Positions 1 to 11,990 of a stretch of 64,000 nucleotides of DNA are shown here, one piece after another. Below the pieces are notes generated by a model. It saw only the letters and a list, made by a program, of their open reading frames with translations, ran no database searches and was not told the origin of the DNA. Numbering within the stretch: the first letter of the stretch is position 1; each line of letters starts with the position of its first letter. The position numbers and the translations under genes were made by a program. Origin of the DNA: Octopus vulgaris (lineage: Eukaryota); contig OX597816.1 of assembly GCA_951406725.2 (NCBI GenBank), forward strand, positions 170,252,001 through 170,316,000, read 5' to 3'.

Positions 1-324
1 AGTTCGATCGAAGAAATCGACCCCCATTACTTGCTGTGTGTGCGTGCATGTGTGTGTCTGTATGTCTGTGTGTGTGTGTGTGCGTGTGCTTACATACTTG
101 CATGCTTACACACACACACATGTATATAATAAGTAAAATGGATTAAAAAATCCAGGCGGATATCTTCAAAGCATCAGTGTTAAACGAATTTGGTTAGCTC
201 TATCTCGCAATCAGATACCAATAAAGGCAAGTAGAATAAACATTCAAATTAATTCCTCCTCTATGACAAGTAGATCCAAATATCGTTTAGAAGAATTTCA
301 AGAAATTTGAATATATGAGAACGT

Positions 325-498
325 AGGCGCAGGAGTGGTTGTGTGGTAAGTAGCTTGCTTACCAACCACATGGTTCCGGGTTCAGTCCCACTGCGTGGCA
401 TCTTGGGCAAGTGTCTTCTGCTATAGCCTCGGGCCAACCAAAGCCTTGTGAGTGGATTTGGTAGACGGAAACTGAAAGAAGCCCGTCGTATATATGTT

Positions 499-545
<47 letters not shown>

Positions 546-740
546 ATGTTTGTGTGTCTGTGTTTGTCCCCCTAGCATTGCTTGACAACCGATGCTGGCG
601 TCTTTACGTCCCCGTCACTTAGCGGTTCGCCAAAAGAGACCGATAGAATAAGTACTGGGCTTACAAAGAATAAGTCCCGGGGTCGATTTGCTCGACTAAA
701 GGCGGTGCCCCAGCATGGCCGCAGAACAACTAAAATAAAG
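325..740 (+). mobile_element. tRNA-derived SINE, family A (head + central (TA)n(TG)n + tail)
   Basis: Head ggagtggttgtgtggtaag...ggttcagtccca (A/B-box like), body caccttgggcaagtgtcttc, central microsatellite; near-identical copies recur across the window. Confidence 0.9.
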
Positions 741-785
741 ATGGAGAAAAATCACATCCTTACCTGGTGATTACACCATACAATG

Positions 786-1105
786 TGAAGGTGCATCGCT
801 TAGTGGTTAGGATATTCGGATCACGATCACAAGGTCGTGAGTTCAATTTCCGGCGACGCGCAATGTCCTTGAGCAAGACGCTCTATTTCACGTTGCTCCA
901 GTTCATTCAGCTGGCAAAAATGAGTAGTACCTGTATATCAAAGGCCCAACTTTGTTACATTCTGTGTCACACTGAATCTCCCTGAGAACTACGTTGGCGG
1001 TACACGTGTCTGTGGAGTGCTCAACCACTTTCATGCTAATTTCACGAGCAGGCTCTTCCGTTGATCGGATCAACTAGAACCCTCATCGTCGTGAACGACA
1101 GAGCA
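786..1105 (+). mobile_element. tRNA-derived SINE, family C (degenerate)
   Basis: tagtggttagg...gagttcaatt head followed by gtccttgagcaagac; related to 15320-15570 and 47258-47535. Confidence 0.7.
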
Positions 1106-1184
1106 GTAGTAGTTGATACACAACATACAATATCGACGATTGTTTCTGTTATGCCAGTATACTTAGATAGAGAAAATATTCATA

Positions 1185-1571
1185 GGAGTGGCTGTGTGGT
1201 AAGTAGCTTGCTTACCAACCACATGGTTCCGGGTTCAGTCCCCTGCGTGGCACCTTGGCCAAGTGTCTTCTACTATAGCCTCGGGCCGACCAAAGCCTTG
1301 TGAGTGGATTTGGTAGACGGATACTGAAAGAAGCCCGTCGTATATATGTATATATATGTATGTATGTGTATCTGTATATGTTTGTGTGTCTGTGTTTGTC
1401 CCCCCCAACATCGCTGGACAACCGATGCTAGTGTGTTTACGTCCCCGGCAAAAGAGACCAATAGAATAAGTACTAGGCTTACAAAGAGTAAGTCCTGGGG
1501 TCGATTTGCCCGACTAAAAGGTGATGCTCCAGTATGGCCACAGTCAAATGACTGAAACAAGTAAAAGAGTA
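1185..1571 (+). mobile_element. SINE family A
   Basis: Full head-to-tail copy ending gactgaaacaagtaaaagagt. Confidence 0.9.
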
Positions 1572-1679
1572 TAGTGATGTATCCGAAAATACATGTTAAA
1601 ACAGCGTTATCAAGGCAAACCAAAATTGGTTAAATTCAAAGTGAACTAAGAAAATATCTCAACTAGACGAAAGCATACA

Positions 1680-3785
1680 CTGGGAAAGTGTATCCTATCT
1701 GCAGTTCATTCAACTGTGCGTGCTGGTAGCGCAGGGCTTGGAATTTTTCAGCATTAGACTGCATCTTATTGTCCGCAGTTCACCTGTATATTGTTTCAAC
1801 TCCTTCGGACTATTCGTTCCGTGACTTTGTGGATGTGTGAAGTCAGAGACATAGACCTATACGTTTTAGCATCTACTCCTTTATGAATAAGGCATATTGT
1901 TCCCTCCTTCAATTTGCCTGGAAGCTTTTCACCTGTAAGGACGATCTGAAAAACAGGATATAGTGGTTTTGCATGGGCTCGTTTCTATGATCCGTGAAGG
2001 ATTGCTGGGAATCCACCAGCTGAGATAGCGTCTACCTCATCTATAGCCAGCATTACATTTTCCTTGATAACGATGTATTCAATTGTCCCGGCCTCTCTTT
2101 TTACATCAATAGTGGTAAAGAACTCTACCGGTTTGCTGACTTGCAAGTACCGAAAGGGTGGAGTAAAACACCCCACTTATCCCCATTAGCTTTCCCTTGG
2201 AGGAACCATCTTTGTGGAGGTGTGACCCTACCATGCAACGCACGGAAGCATTTTCTTTGGCATACTTAAAGGGTTTGATTTTTTCTATTTTCTTTTATCC
2301 AGTCATCTTTGTCTACATACAATCTCTCTCTCCCTCTCTCTCTCCCCCCTCTCTTTCTCTCTCTCTCTCTCTCTTTCATAGGAGCAGTTCAGATTTTTCT
2401 CAATCTCCAACAGTGTTTTTTTCAGGCAGGACTATTCACTGCCATTGAATTCTTTGTTTAGGTGGTTTGCTATCTTTGTATGCACCTCTCATAAAAACTG
2501 TCCTCCCCTTGGGAATTTCGTTATGTTCAGGGTTCGTTCTCTCTGGCACAAACTTGTAGCATGTAACTTAAATTACGGACATGAATTCCTTGAGTTTCAT
2601 GACGATGTCAGTTGTGGAAAGACATTGAAGCCAATCGATTTCCTGTCTGCCTTATGGAATTTCAGACTGGATAAATTTAGATGCTTCTCATAAGCTGCAT
2701 GTCTGCGTATTCCTTTGGTCCATACATGGTCAGCTCTATTATATTGTAATCCGAGACCTGTGTCGGCATCAATTTCACATTATAGACGAGATCCATATCG
2801 TTTTTGAAACAAATCAAAAATAGTATTTGCCCCGGTTGCTTGGAGTACAACTGCTCCATGTATAACGTATTAGTGATGTCGAACAGGGATTCCGCCTGTC
2901 TTTGTTCGCAGTGCATCACTCCTGAGATGTAAAGACCCCCAGGCCACCATACGTTGGACATGTTGGTATCTCCCATGAGAAGTACATTGGTATTTTGTTC
3001 TAATTTGGTTAGGACTTCACTAATTTTGCAAGGCATTCTTTAAATAGGTCCCTTTGATTTGGAGCATCTATGGGATGATTAGCACATATAGCTATATAGA
3101 ATTTTTTAATATATACAATCAGTGTGTCTCACAATGAGTTTGAGTAAAAACCTGGGTCATGAAGTCTTTATAGTTGTCCATTACAACTCCATGACTCCTC
3201 TTTTCTGTCGATTCACAATATAACATACTTTGCTATGAGCATATTATGAGGAGAAAATCCCTGGAGAAGGATATCATGCTCGGAATGGTCAGTGGCAAGA
3301 GAGGAAGAGGCCGACCAAGAACCCGCTGGCTCGACATCCTCAAGAGTGATACCGGAATGGACATAGCCAATCTGAAAGAAGCAGCCCAGGATAGAACTCA
3401 CTGGAGGACACTGATCCAACGAGTAACCGAGAGTCGACTTCGACTGAGCGGATAGATAGATAGATAGCTATGAGCATTCTGCGATGTTGGGTTTCAGTGA
3501 GTGCTATGCATAAGGCTTGATTGCGTGTCACGAGGTAACTCATGAAGGGATTAATTGTTCTGTTGCTGAGTTGTAACAGTTCTCTAATAGTAAGAGAATT
3601 GTTGTGACTTCTATGCTGATGCTAGTGGTGGCCACCTTGGATTCGTTGGCTGGTCTTGTGTGTAGTGAGGATGGCTCTGACTCTGGAATTGATGTAACCA
3701 GGTCAGTTGTTGCACGGTCTTTTGTGCCATGCTTAAAAAATAATGCTGCTCAGCTGTACAGCTGCAGTTCTTATGATTGTATCTG
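1680..3785 (-). pseudogene. Decayed CR1/L2-like LINE ORF2 (APE endonuclease + RT fragments)
   Basis: Minus-strand translation gives APE motifs LLMGDTN and VSDYNIIEL (ORF 2677-3036) and RT-region KLPGKLKEGTICLIHKG...YRSMSLTSHIHKVTERIV; many stops and deletions. Confidence 0.8.
3243..3466 (+). mobile_element. 5'-truncated RTE-clade LINE 3' end with 11-bp target-site duplication
   Basis: ORF 3246-3455 SLEKDIMLGMVSGKRGRGRPRTRWLD...AQDRTHWR is a typical RTE C-terminus; (GATA)n tail; gctatgagcat at 3232-3242 and 3467-3477. Confidence 0.92.
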
Positions 3786-3968
3786 AATAGGGCTGGATGT
3801 TGGAAATTTAAGTTTGCCCATTTGAAACGCGTGACCTCCAGAGCAACATTCTTCATCTTTTAAAATGTTGCCCGCGTAGACCCGAATGAAACCGGGTTAT
3901 AATACCTAAACAAGTATAACAATAATAAGCTATTTTAATCCCGAGCAAGGCCGGGTTTGTCTTCTAGT
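3786..3968 (+). mobile_element. 3' part of non-autonomous Helitron-like element
   Basis: Ends cccgagcaaggccgggtttgtcttCTAG|t (subterminal hairpin + CTAG); reverse complement of 6510-6660. Confidence 0.7.
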
Positions 3969-3974
3969 CATTCT

Positions 3975-4530
3975 ATAAAAAGTAAAGAAAATAAAAATTA
4001 AAAGAGTCAAAAGGAAGAGTAAGTACGCTTAGGCCGCTTTTTAATCGCTACAAATGTTTCAATACATGCACATCCTCGTATATACAGGGTTTAATGTTAA
4101 GTTTAAATTAAATTATGTAATGATTTATCTGTATAAGATCTATATGCATATCCTCAGGCTGTCTTCGCAAGCAAATTTAGATTTCGATGCTACAACTGAG
4201 TATCGCCTGAGGAGTGACACATATATCTTCTTATACAGGCAAATCATTACATAATTTAATTTAAACTTAACATTAAATCCTGTGTATACGAGGATCTGTA
4301 TGTATCGAAACACTTGTAGTGATTAAAAAGCTGCCTAATCGAATTTAATCCTTCTTTTGACTCTTTTACTTTTTACTTTTTATTTTCACACACGAGGAAC
4401 ACCTAAGACTAGAATTGGTAGCATACCATAAGAATACTACCGGCTATTTTGGAATTCTAAGAGTGAATCAGCTCTATTTGTACTCTTATGCGTTCTTAAC
4501 AGAACACACTATAATCATTCTATAGATATA
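3975..4530. mobile_element. Old fold-back element with hammerhead-like motif
   Basis: Diverged inverted arms ~3975-4159 and ~4205-4384, extra tail to ~4530; CTGAGGA 4207-4213 ... GAAAC-ACTT-GTA 4307-4318 with atcgc/gtgat stem I. Confidence 0.75.
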
Positions 4531-4997
4531 TTCCCACGTACGCACGTAGATATATAGATAGATATATACATAGAGAGATACATAGAGAGAGGGAGGGAGA
4601 GCGCGTGTGTGCGCACGTGAGTGTGTGTGTGGGTGTGTGTGACATGGACAGAAAGAGAAAAGAGGTTTGTTTGATTTTTACTGTTTTATGTCGTAAGAAG
4701 GTAGGAAGGTAAATCGTGAAAAATTGAGCAATTAATTAAAGTACTGAAACGCACAGCAGCACAGATGTAAACCCAAACGATAAAAACCACAAAAACTTAC
4801 CGATCAATCTACGACTTTATCACGTTTCACAAACCGATGTGCTTAACGATTGGCAAAGATGCTAAGTATACATATAGATAACAGATATATTCACACACAC
4901 ACACACATACACTCACAAGCACACACATACACACACGCGCGCCTGCACACACACACACACAAGCACACATATATATATAGATAGATATATATATACA

Positions 4998-5350
4998 CAG
5001 GTGCAGGTGTGTCTGTGTGATAAGTTTGCTTCCCAGCCATATAATTCCGGGTCTACACCACACTCGCGCGCACACACACACACACACGCACATGCACACA
5101 CACACCCCCATAAACACTCACACAGATATCTGTATGTGTGTGTTTATGTGTGTGGGTGTGGGTGTGTGGGTGTGGGTGTGTGGGTGTGTGCCTGTATGTT
5201 TCTTTCAGTCAGCTTGGTAGATGACACTAACAATAAGTGCCAGGTTTAAACTCATGAGTATTGGAACTGATTTCCTTCAACTAAGATTGTTGAAGAAGTT
5301 GCCCTAGGATGGCCGCTGTCACAAATCACTGAACAAATTAAAAGACTAAT
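4998..5350 (+). mobile_element. Degenerate SINE family A
   Basis: Head ggtgcaggtgtgtctgtgtgataagtttgcttccc and tail ggccgctgtcacaaatcactgaacaa. Confidence 0.6.
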
Positions 5351-5459
5351 GATAAAAAATAAACAGATGAAATATATAGACGTACACATACACATGCACA
5401 TATACATATATCTATTGTATTTGTATATATATATATATGCATGTGTGTTTATGTATATG

Positions 5460-5492
<33 letters not shown>

Positions 5493-5659
5493 ACATATAC
5501 GTGCATATATCTGCATATATGCATACAAACATGCATACACGTATATATGTATATATATAACGGGAAGCTTTATGAAAATAGACAAAAGATATATATGTAT
5601 GTATGTATATATATATACATATATGTATATATATAATTATATACGTGTATATATATAAA

Positions 5660-6011
5660 TGTATGTGTAAAAATAACAAGGAAAAAATAGATAAATAGTT
5701 GCCAGAGTAGCAAAAATTCATATAAGTGCCAAGGATGTTATAGCCTACCTGTAAAGGTGGAAGTTCCAGGGTTTAGTGGTATGTGTTTGATTCACATAGA
5801 TAAATTAAGAAATGGAGTTAAACGCAGGTGCTATTCAAATCTATATACCTCGGGGATATGTTTCGAAGAAAACATCGGTAATATTTTTGAGGGAAGAAAA
5901 GGATTTTATTCACTTAGGAATAATACCAATGTTTTCTTCGAAACACGTGTCGGAAATATATAGGTTTGAATAACACTTGCGCTTAACACCATTACTTAAT
6001 TTATTTATGTG
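5660..6011. mobile_element. Old fold-back element (PLE-terminus like)
   Basis: Inverted arms ~5793-5889 and ~5914-6011, tail 5660-5792, between (TA)-rich tracts; contains cgaaacacgtgtc; arm end resembles 57290-57320. Confidence 0.7.
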
Positions 6012-6029
6012 TGTATATATATATCTTTA

Positions 6030-7695
6030 TATTTACAGGGACATATAACATGAGGCGAGGAAGCGACTGGACTAGGTTAGAAATCTCCATCGCAAAGGTT
6101 GTGGTTACTAGGGCAGAAAAACCTGTTTTCTATCGATTCTGCAAGCTGTGGAGCTCGTGTTTTGTGGGAGATTTTAATGTGAGGCGAGGATGCATTTGTC
6201 TTTTAGAATTAGAAAAAATGGGAGGGGTGGTGTCAAAAGGACTGGCATGTGTAACCTGGTCACTTCTGTCAGTCAAGCTCCCGACTCAAGCGTTCACGTC
6301 GCGACACTAATTCTGCGAAATTAAGTTGGGTGTGAGTTAATTTTCGCCGCAATCCGAGCACGCCTACTGCCGTTGACCCTGCATAATCACTAAATGAACA
6401 TACAACTTTCAACTTTAATGAACATACAACTTATGGTGTATGTTCACTAAATGAACATACAACATAAACATACAACTTTCGGCCATTTCACTTTTATATA
6501 GAGAGAGTTTAGTATCAGAGAAACCCGGCTTGCTTGGGATTAAAATAGTTTATTATTGTTTTACTTGTTTCGGTATTATAATCCGATTTCATTCGGGTCT
6601 ACGCGGGCAACATTTTAAAAGATGATGAATGTTGCCCTAGAGGCCACGCCTTTCAATTGAGCAAACTTTGCCATGGTAACTCACCAGCACTTTTAACATA
6701 GGCGTGCACATTTTCAGCTCAATCCGACCGCATTTACTTACTTAACTGTTTGTGAGACAACGTCCGCCCTGTAGATTTACATTTTAACCCCGTTGCTCGG
6801 GATTAAAATGGCATAGTTTTTCATTGTTTTACTTGTTTAGTTATTATAACCCGATTTCATTCGTGTCTAATCAGACCACATTTAAAAAGTGAGAAATTTT
6901 GCCCTAGAGGTCACGCCTTTCAATTGAGCAAAGTTAAAGTTGCCATGCAAACTCGACATCAGTTTTAACATAGGTGTGCATATTTTCAGCTCAATCTAAC
7001 CACATATGCACACACATATATATATATATATACACATTATATATATGTACATATACGCAATATATATGCGCATTATTATGTATATATGTATACACATTAT
7101 ATACATACACACACATATATATATATACACGCACTCACACACACACACATATATATATATAAATAAATTAACACAATAAATATCTGATTAATGATATCTG
7201 TTATCATGATTGCGCGGTGGTGGTGGGCGATAATAATTCATTGTTGTAAAAGACCTGTGGCAGGAATATTTACACTTTTTGCGGCTGTCAACACTTTCTC
7301 TCTATAGATACAGACAGACGTACAGGGAGAGAGGTGGTGGGAGACAGAATGACAGAGAGACGGCAAAGGCAGAGAGGGAATGAGAGTGGAAGCTGTCAAA
7401 CGTCGTTATAGACAGAAATTGAAGGGAAGGGGGAAAGAGAGAGATCGAGGAAGACAGGGTGATATCCAAAAGTGAGAGACAGCAAACACTTATCAAAGTC
7501 TTGGTTTTGTTGTCCTAGTAACCACAGCTTTTGAGATGGAAATTTCTAACCAAATCCAGTCGCTTCCTCGCCTGATGTTACATGTCCCTGTAAATTTTCG
7601 CCGCAATCCGAGGACGCCTACTGCCGTTGAACCCTGCATAACCACTAAAGGAGACACGCAAACATACAACTTTCGGCCATTTCACTTTTATATGG
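6030..7695 (-). mobile_element. Two tandem non-autonomous Helitron-like copies with internal ~265-bp duplication and an inverted segment
   Basis: Two 5' ends (tc..tatataaaagtgaaatggccgaaagttgtatg on minus) at ~6505 and ~7695; 3' hairpin end at ~6510; 6520-6785 repeated at 6786-7000. Confidence 0.65.
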
Positions 7696-7739
7696 AGAGA
7701 TATCTATATATATATATATATGCATACATATATATATAC

Positions 7740-7955
7740 ATATATATGTGTGTGAGTTTATGTATGTATGTATCTAGGTGTCTGTGTTTGTTCCCCCACC
7801 ATCGCTTGACAACCGATGCTGGTGTGTTACGTTCCCATGAATAGCGGTTCGGTAAAAGAGACCGACAGAATATTCCTGGGATTGATTTGTTTGATTAAAG
7901 GCGGTGCTCCAGCATGGCCGCAGTCAACTGACTGCAACAAGTAAAAGAATAAAAT
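7740..7955 (+). mobile_element. SINE family A, 3' half
   Basis: cttgacaaccgatgctggtgtg...ggcggtgctccagcatggccgcagtc. Confidence 0.8.
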
Positions 7956-9094
7956 AATATATATGCATACACACATACATACATATATACATACATACAA
8001 ATACACACACACAAACACACACACACACGCGCGTATATATATATGGGTAGAGGACGTCATCAACAGTAAACAACCTGAAATGCGTAAACAAATGAGTTAA
8101 ATACGCAAATAACAAAAGAAAAAATGGATAACAACACAAGTAAAACGAAGAATACATCGAACGACCGTTCATGGAGTTATCTACTGCCCATTTTGAGCAA
8201 TCAACGACAATATGAGTCTTCGAAGACAGTTGCTCTCATAAATACCAAAATAAAATTTTGTATTTATGGAGGGTCAATTTTAGGAACAAAAACAGGACAG
8301 TGGAGACATACGAATAAACGGAACGAAAAGAAACATGGGGGGTCGTTAGACCTGAACGAGAGGAAAATAGTGAATGCTGAGAGAAATATTTTCTTTGAAA
8401 AGAGAAAAAATAGAAGAGAGAGATAGCAGATGCCCAGTCCTTAGAAGGTCCGTGCATTTGTATGTATGCATGTATGTATATGTATGTATATGAAAAACAA
8501 TAAATAAGTATTTGCAAACAGGTCTCCCTTCATCGAAAACCGGTGATTGCCGTACGTCGAAGACAGGCAAATACCTAGAAACTGCAGTCCGTGCGTATCA
8601 CTTAAGTTTACGAGAGAGGGATGACATCCCTTTGCAAATACCATAAGGTAACAGAAAGTGTGCCTAAAGCCAGCTGGAGACGATGATCTCCTGGGGCTAA
8701 AAGCTACAGTAACACCCACCCTTAGTGGCTAGCCATATTGAGATGGCTAGTATACTTTACGTATATGTATATTGTTTTCCAGAAATATGAAAGCTAGTTG
8801 TCACAAGCAGTGTTTCTCTCAGTATAAAAGAGAAAAATGTGTAGCTCATTCCGTCATTCTCGACCACCTGAAGGGCCTCAATTCTGCATAACGATAAACG
8901 TATTTTGTGTAAGTGAATGTGTGTAGCATACTTAATTTAAACCCGTGTATAACAGGTACACTATTTATCAATCTGGGTGATTTAAGAAGAGAAACGCTAA
9001 GACCTAAATTCGGGAGAATCACGAATGTTACGAAATACGACACTTTCCATTGTGTTTCTCTTAATTTCCTGTTTAATCGAGTATCTTGTATATT

Positions 9095-9300
9095 TTACTT
9101 GTTTCAGTCATTGGATTGCTACCATACTGGGGCGACGCCTTGAGAGGTTCAGAAGAACAAGTCGACTCCTGCTTTTTTTTTTTTTGGTAAGGCTGGTTCA
9201 TATTCTATCAGACTCTGGCGCCGAAATGCTACTGTACTCGAACAGAAACAAACCAACAGAGTTTATCAAGTGAGTGCCAAACACAAATGCACACACATAA
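9095..9300 (-). mobile_element. Degenerate SINE family A, 3' half
   Basis: ttttacttgtttcagtcattggattgc = reverse complement of family tail. Confidence 0.6.
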
Positions 9301-9309
9301 AGACACATA

Positions 9310-9689
9310 CACTACCGTCAGAAATTAATTAGCCCCCTTGATTTGCTCTTCACTCAAGGTATGTGCTGTCACCTAGTGGCCATATCTCGAACTATTGCTT
9401 TGTTGCGAGTTCACTGTTGCGCAGAATGATGACGTAACTTTGTTTGCAGAGCAGTTTGAGAGTCTACAGCCTTATGATGTTGACATACCAGTGCAACAAC
9501 AACTTGGAGTGCGGATGCAGACAAATCTTCCTTTGTTTAATAGATATAGGTAGCGCCTCGCAAGGACCGAAATCACACCATACTAAGTTTTCTCATCGCG
9601 TAAGACGTTTTGAACAGCTCATAGGTTAATTGATTTAACCTATTTAATGTAGAAATTTGAGAAGTGCTAATTAATTTCTGACGCAAATG
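9310..9689. mobile_element. Tc1/mariner-type MITE
   Basis: Terminal inverted repeats cgtcagaaattaattagc / gctaattaatttctgacg, flanked by TA on both sides, no ORF. Confidence 0.8.
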
Positions 9690-9717
9690 TACATGCGTAC
9701 ACGTGTACATATGTATG

Positions 9718-9749
<32 letters not shown>

Positions 9750-9789
9750 TATATATATATATATATATCGCTGAAGAATTTTTAGTTAT

Positions 9790-10145
9790 ATTAATCGACC
9801 ACTGTACTTATTTTTTCTTGAGCCTGCTAATTATTTTATCGGCCACTTTTTGCCAGACCGCTAGATTTCTTGTTAAGCGGTGGTAGGAGACAAAAACCTA
9901 TATGCAGACACTCATTCGCTCGCGCGCGCATACATACATACATACACATACTCACACACACATATATGTATGAATTAAGTATGCATGTATGTACATGATA
10001 TATGTATGCATATGAGAGACTTCTTTCAGATTTCGTCAACCAAAGCCACTCACAAGGTTTAGGTAATCGTGGAGTTATAGTCGAAGACACTTGCACGAGT
10101 TGCTGCGCAGCGAGATTGAACGCCAGCCCACATGGTTTGGAAGCA
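9790..10145 (-). mobile_element. Degenerate SINE family A
   Basis: cttctttcagatttcgtcaaccaaagccactcacaagg...cacatggtttggaagcaagctt matches the reverse complement of the head. Confidence 0.65.
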
Positions 10146-10376
10146 AGCTTCTCAACCGCACAACCATCAATTTCTAAAACAAGTTCTGTGGGACAGTAGT
10201 GAATCGATTAAATCGATCCCCGTACTCCATTTTTCAGAGAAGGATGGAGGACAAATTTATTCCCTGCAGGATTTGAACGCAGAAACGTAAACGGCCGGAA
10301 TGAATATTGAAAAGTACTAAGTTCGACGTTGTAACATTTCTGTCACCACTGGTTTAAAAATATATATATATATATA

Positions 10377-10765
10377 CTAGCAGTATCGCCCGGCGTTGCT
10401 CGGGTTTGTAAGGGAAATAACTATATAAGCATTTTTAGAGATGTAAAGTATAATAGCCATCTCAATATGGCTAACCACAAAGGGGGGGGTGTTACTGTAG
10501 CCTTTTACGTTCTGAGATTTAATAATACATTTTTAGAGAGTTACTTCCCTTATATAATAGCAAAAAAAATGCATTAAAATGGGGAAAAATGATGGTAATT
10601 TTTTTTAAAAATCGTAGACTCATCGTAGACGCGCGCTAATACCCAGAAGGGCTCGATATCAATCACGACTATAAGATACCCGGTTTTGGTTAAACTGCAC
10701 CGCAAAATGTGGGAGTAGTTAGGAATCTAAATCGTAGGAGACAGACACACAACTTCACTTTTATA
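10377..10765 (-). mobile_element. Non-autonomous Helitron-like element
   Basis: 3' end cccgagcaacgccgggcgatactgCTAG|t on minus; near-identical to 42268-42660 and related to 48884-49278. Confidence 0.85.
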
Positions 10766-10799
10766 TATATATATATATATATATATACTTTCTTTCTTA

Positions 10800-10995
10800 A
10801 AATTTAAGGTACAAGCCCACTATTTTGAAAGGAGAGGTTTGTTGATTAACTGATCTCATGATGCTACATGTTATCAACTCCGGGTGGATGCAAGGCAAAT
10901 TGTTGTTGTAGGATTTGAATTCAGAAACGTAAAGACGGACGAAAATGTTGCTTAGCATTTTGTCCGGCGTGTTAACATTTCCGCCAGTGGGCTGA
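10800..10995 (-). mobile_element. Degenerate SINE family B
   Basis: ggatttgaattcagaaacgtaaagacggacgaaa matches the reverse complement of the family B head. Confidence 0.65.
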
Positions 10996-11030
10996 CTAAA
11001 AGAAAAAAAAAAGCAGAAATATCTTAATAA

Positions 11031-11240
11031 ATTATGATTTCAAATTTTGGCACAAGGCCAGCAACTTTGAGAGGAGAGGAAAGTCTGTTACATCGATCCC
11101 AGTACATGACTGGTTATTATTTTATTGATCCCCGAAAATATGAAAATGATGTCGACATCGGCGGAATTTGAGCTCAGAACATAAAGACGGACGAAATGCT
11201 GTTAAACATTTTGTTCCACGTGCTAACAGCTCTTGCACCC

Positions 11241-11275
<35 letters not shown>

Positions 11276-11504
11276 TAGCAGTATTGCGCGAGTAATGGGT
11301 GCCAGAGCTGCTAGCACGTGGTACAAAATGTTTAACAGAATTTCGTCCGTCTTTACGTTCTGAGCTCAAATTCCGTCGAGGTCGACTTCATTTTCATATT
11401 TTCGGGGATCAATAAAATAATAACCAGTCATGTACTGGGATCGATGTAACAGACTTTCCTCTCCTCTCAAAGTTGCTGGCCTTGTGCCAAAATTTGAAAT
11501 CATA

Positions 11505-11506
<2 letters not shown>
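11031..11506. repeat. Inverted duplication of a family B SINE around a (TA)n spacer
   Basis: Arms 11031-11244 and 11293-11506 (~214 bp, few mismatches) share private mutations. Confidence 0.9.
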
Positions 11507-11569
<63 letters not shown>

Positions 11570-11597
11570 CATATATATATATATTTATATATTTGTT

Positions 11598-11650
<53 letters not shown>

Positions 11651-11653
11651 GTT

Positions 11654-11685
<32 letters not shown>

Positions 11686-11699
11686 GCAACATATTACCA

Positions 11700-11990
11700 G
11701 CTACTATAATGGCATTTATGCTGCTGCTGTTGCTGCTGCTAATACAACTACTGCTACCACCTCTCCTGCTGGTGATGATGATTATGACGACGACGGCGAT
11801 GATGGCGACGACGTGGATTAAGAAGTTGGTGACAATGATGTAATGTTGTTGTTGATGATGATGATGATGATGATGATGTTGATAATGGTCAGCGGTGCGG
11901 TGCTACTGTTGCTGGTGTTGGTGGTGATGGCCGCGTCGGCGGCGGCGGCGGCGGCGGTAGTTTTAATGGTTGTGGTCGTGAGGTAAGGAT
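11700..11990. repeat. Mixed trinucleotide low-complexity tract (GCT, GAT, GAC, GGC, GGT)
   Basis: Directly visible. Confidence 0.85.

Noticed and set aside
325-400. tRNA-like A/B boxes at SINE heads
   Set aside because: No complete cloverleaf; followed by SINE body, so not tRNA genes
261-578. Recurrent ORF RRASFSFRLPNPLTRLW...GTEPGTMWLV seen at several loci
   Set aside because: Antisense reading of SINE family A, not a protein family
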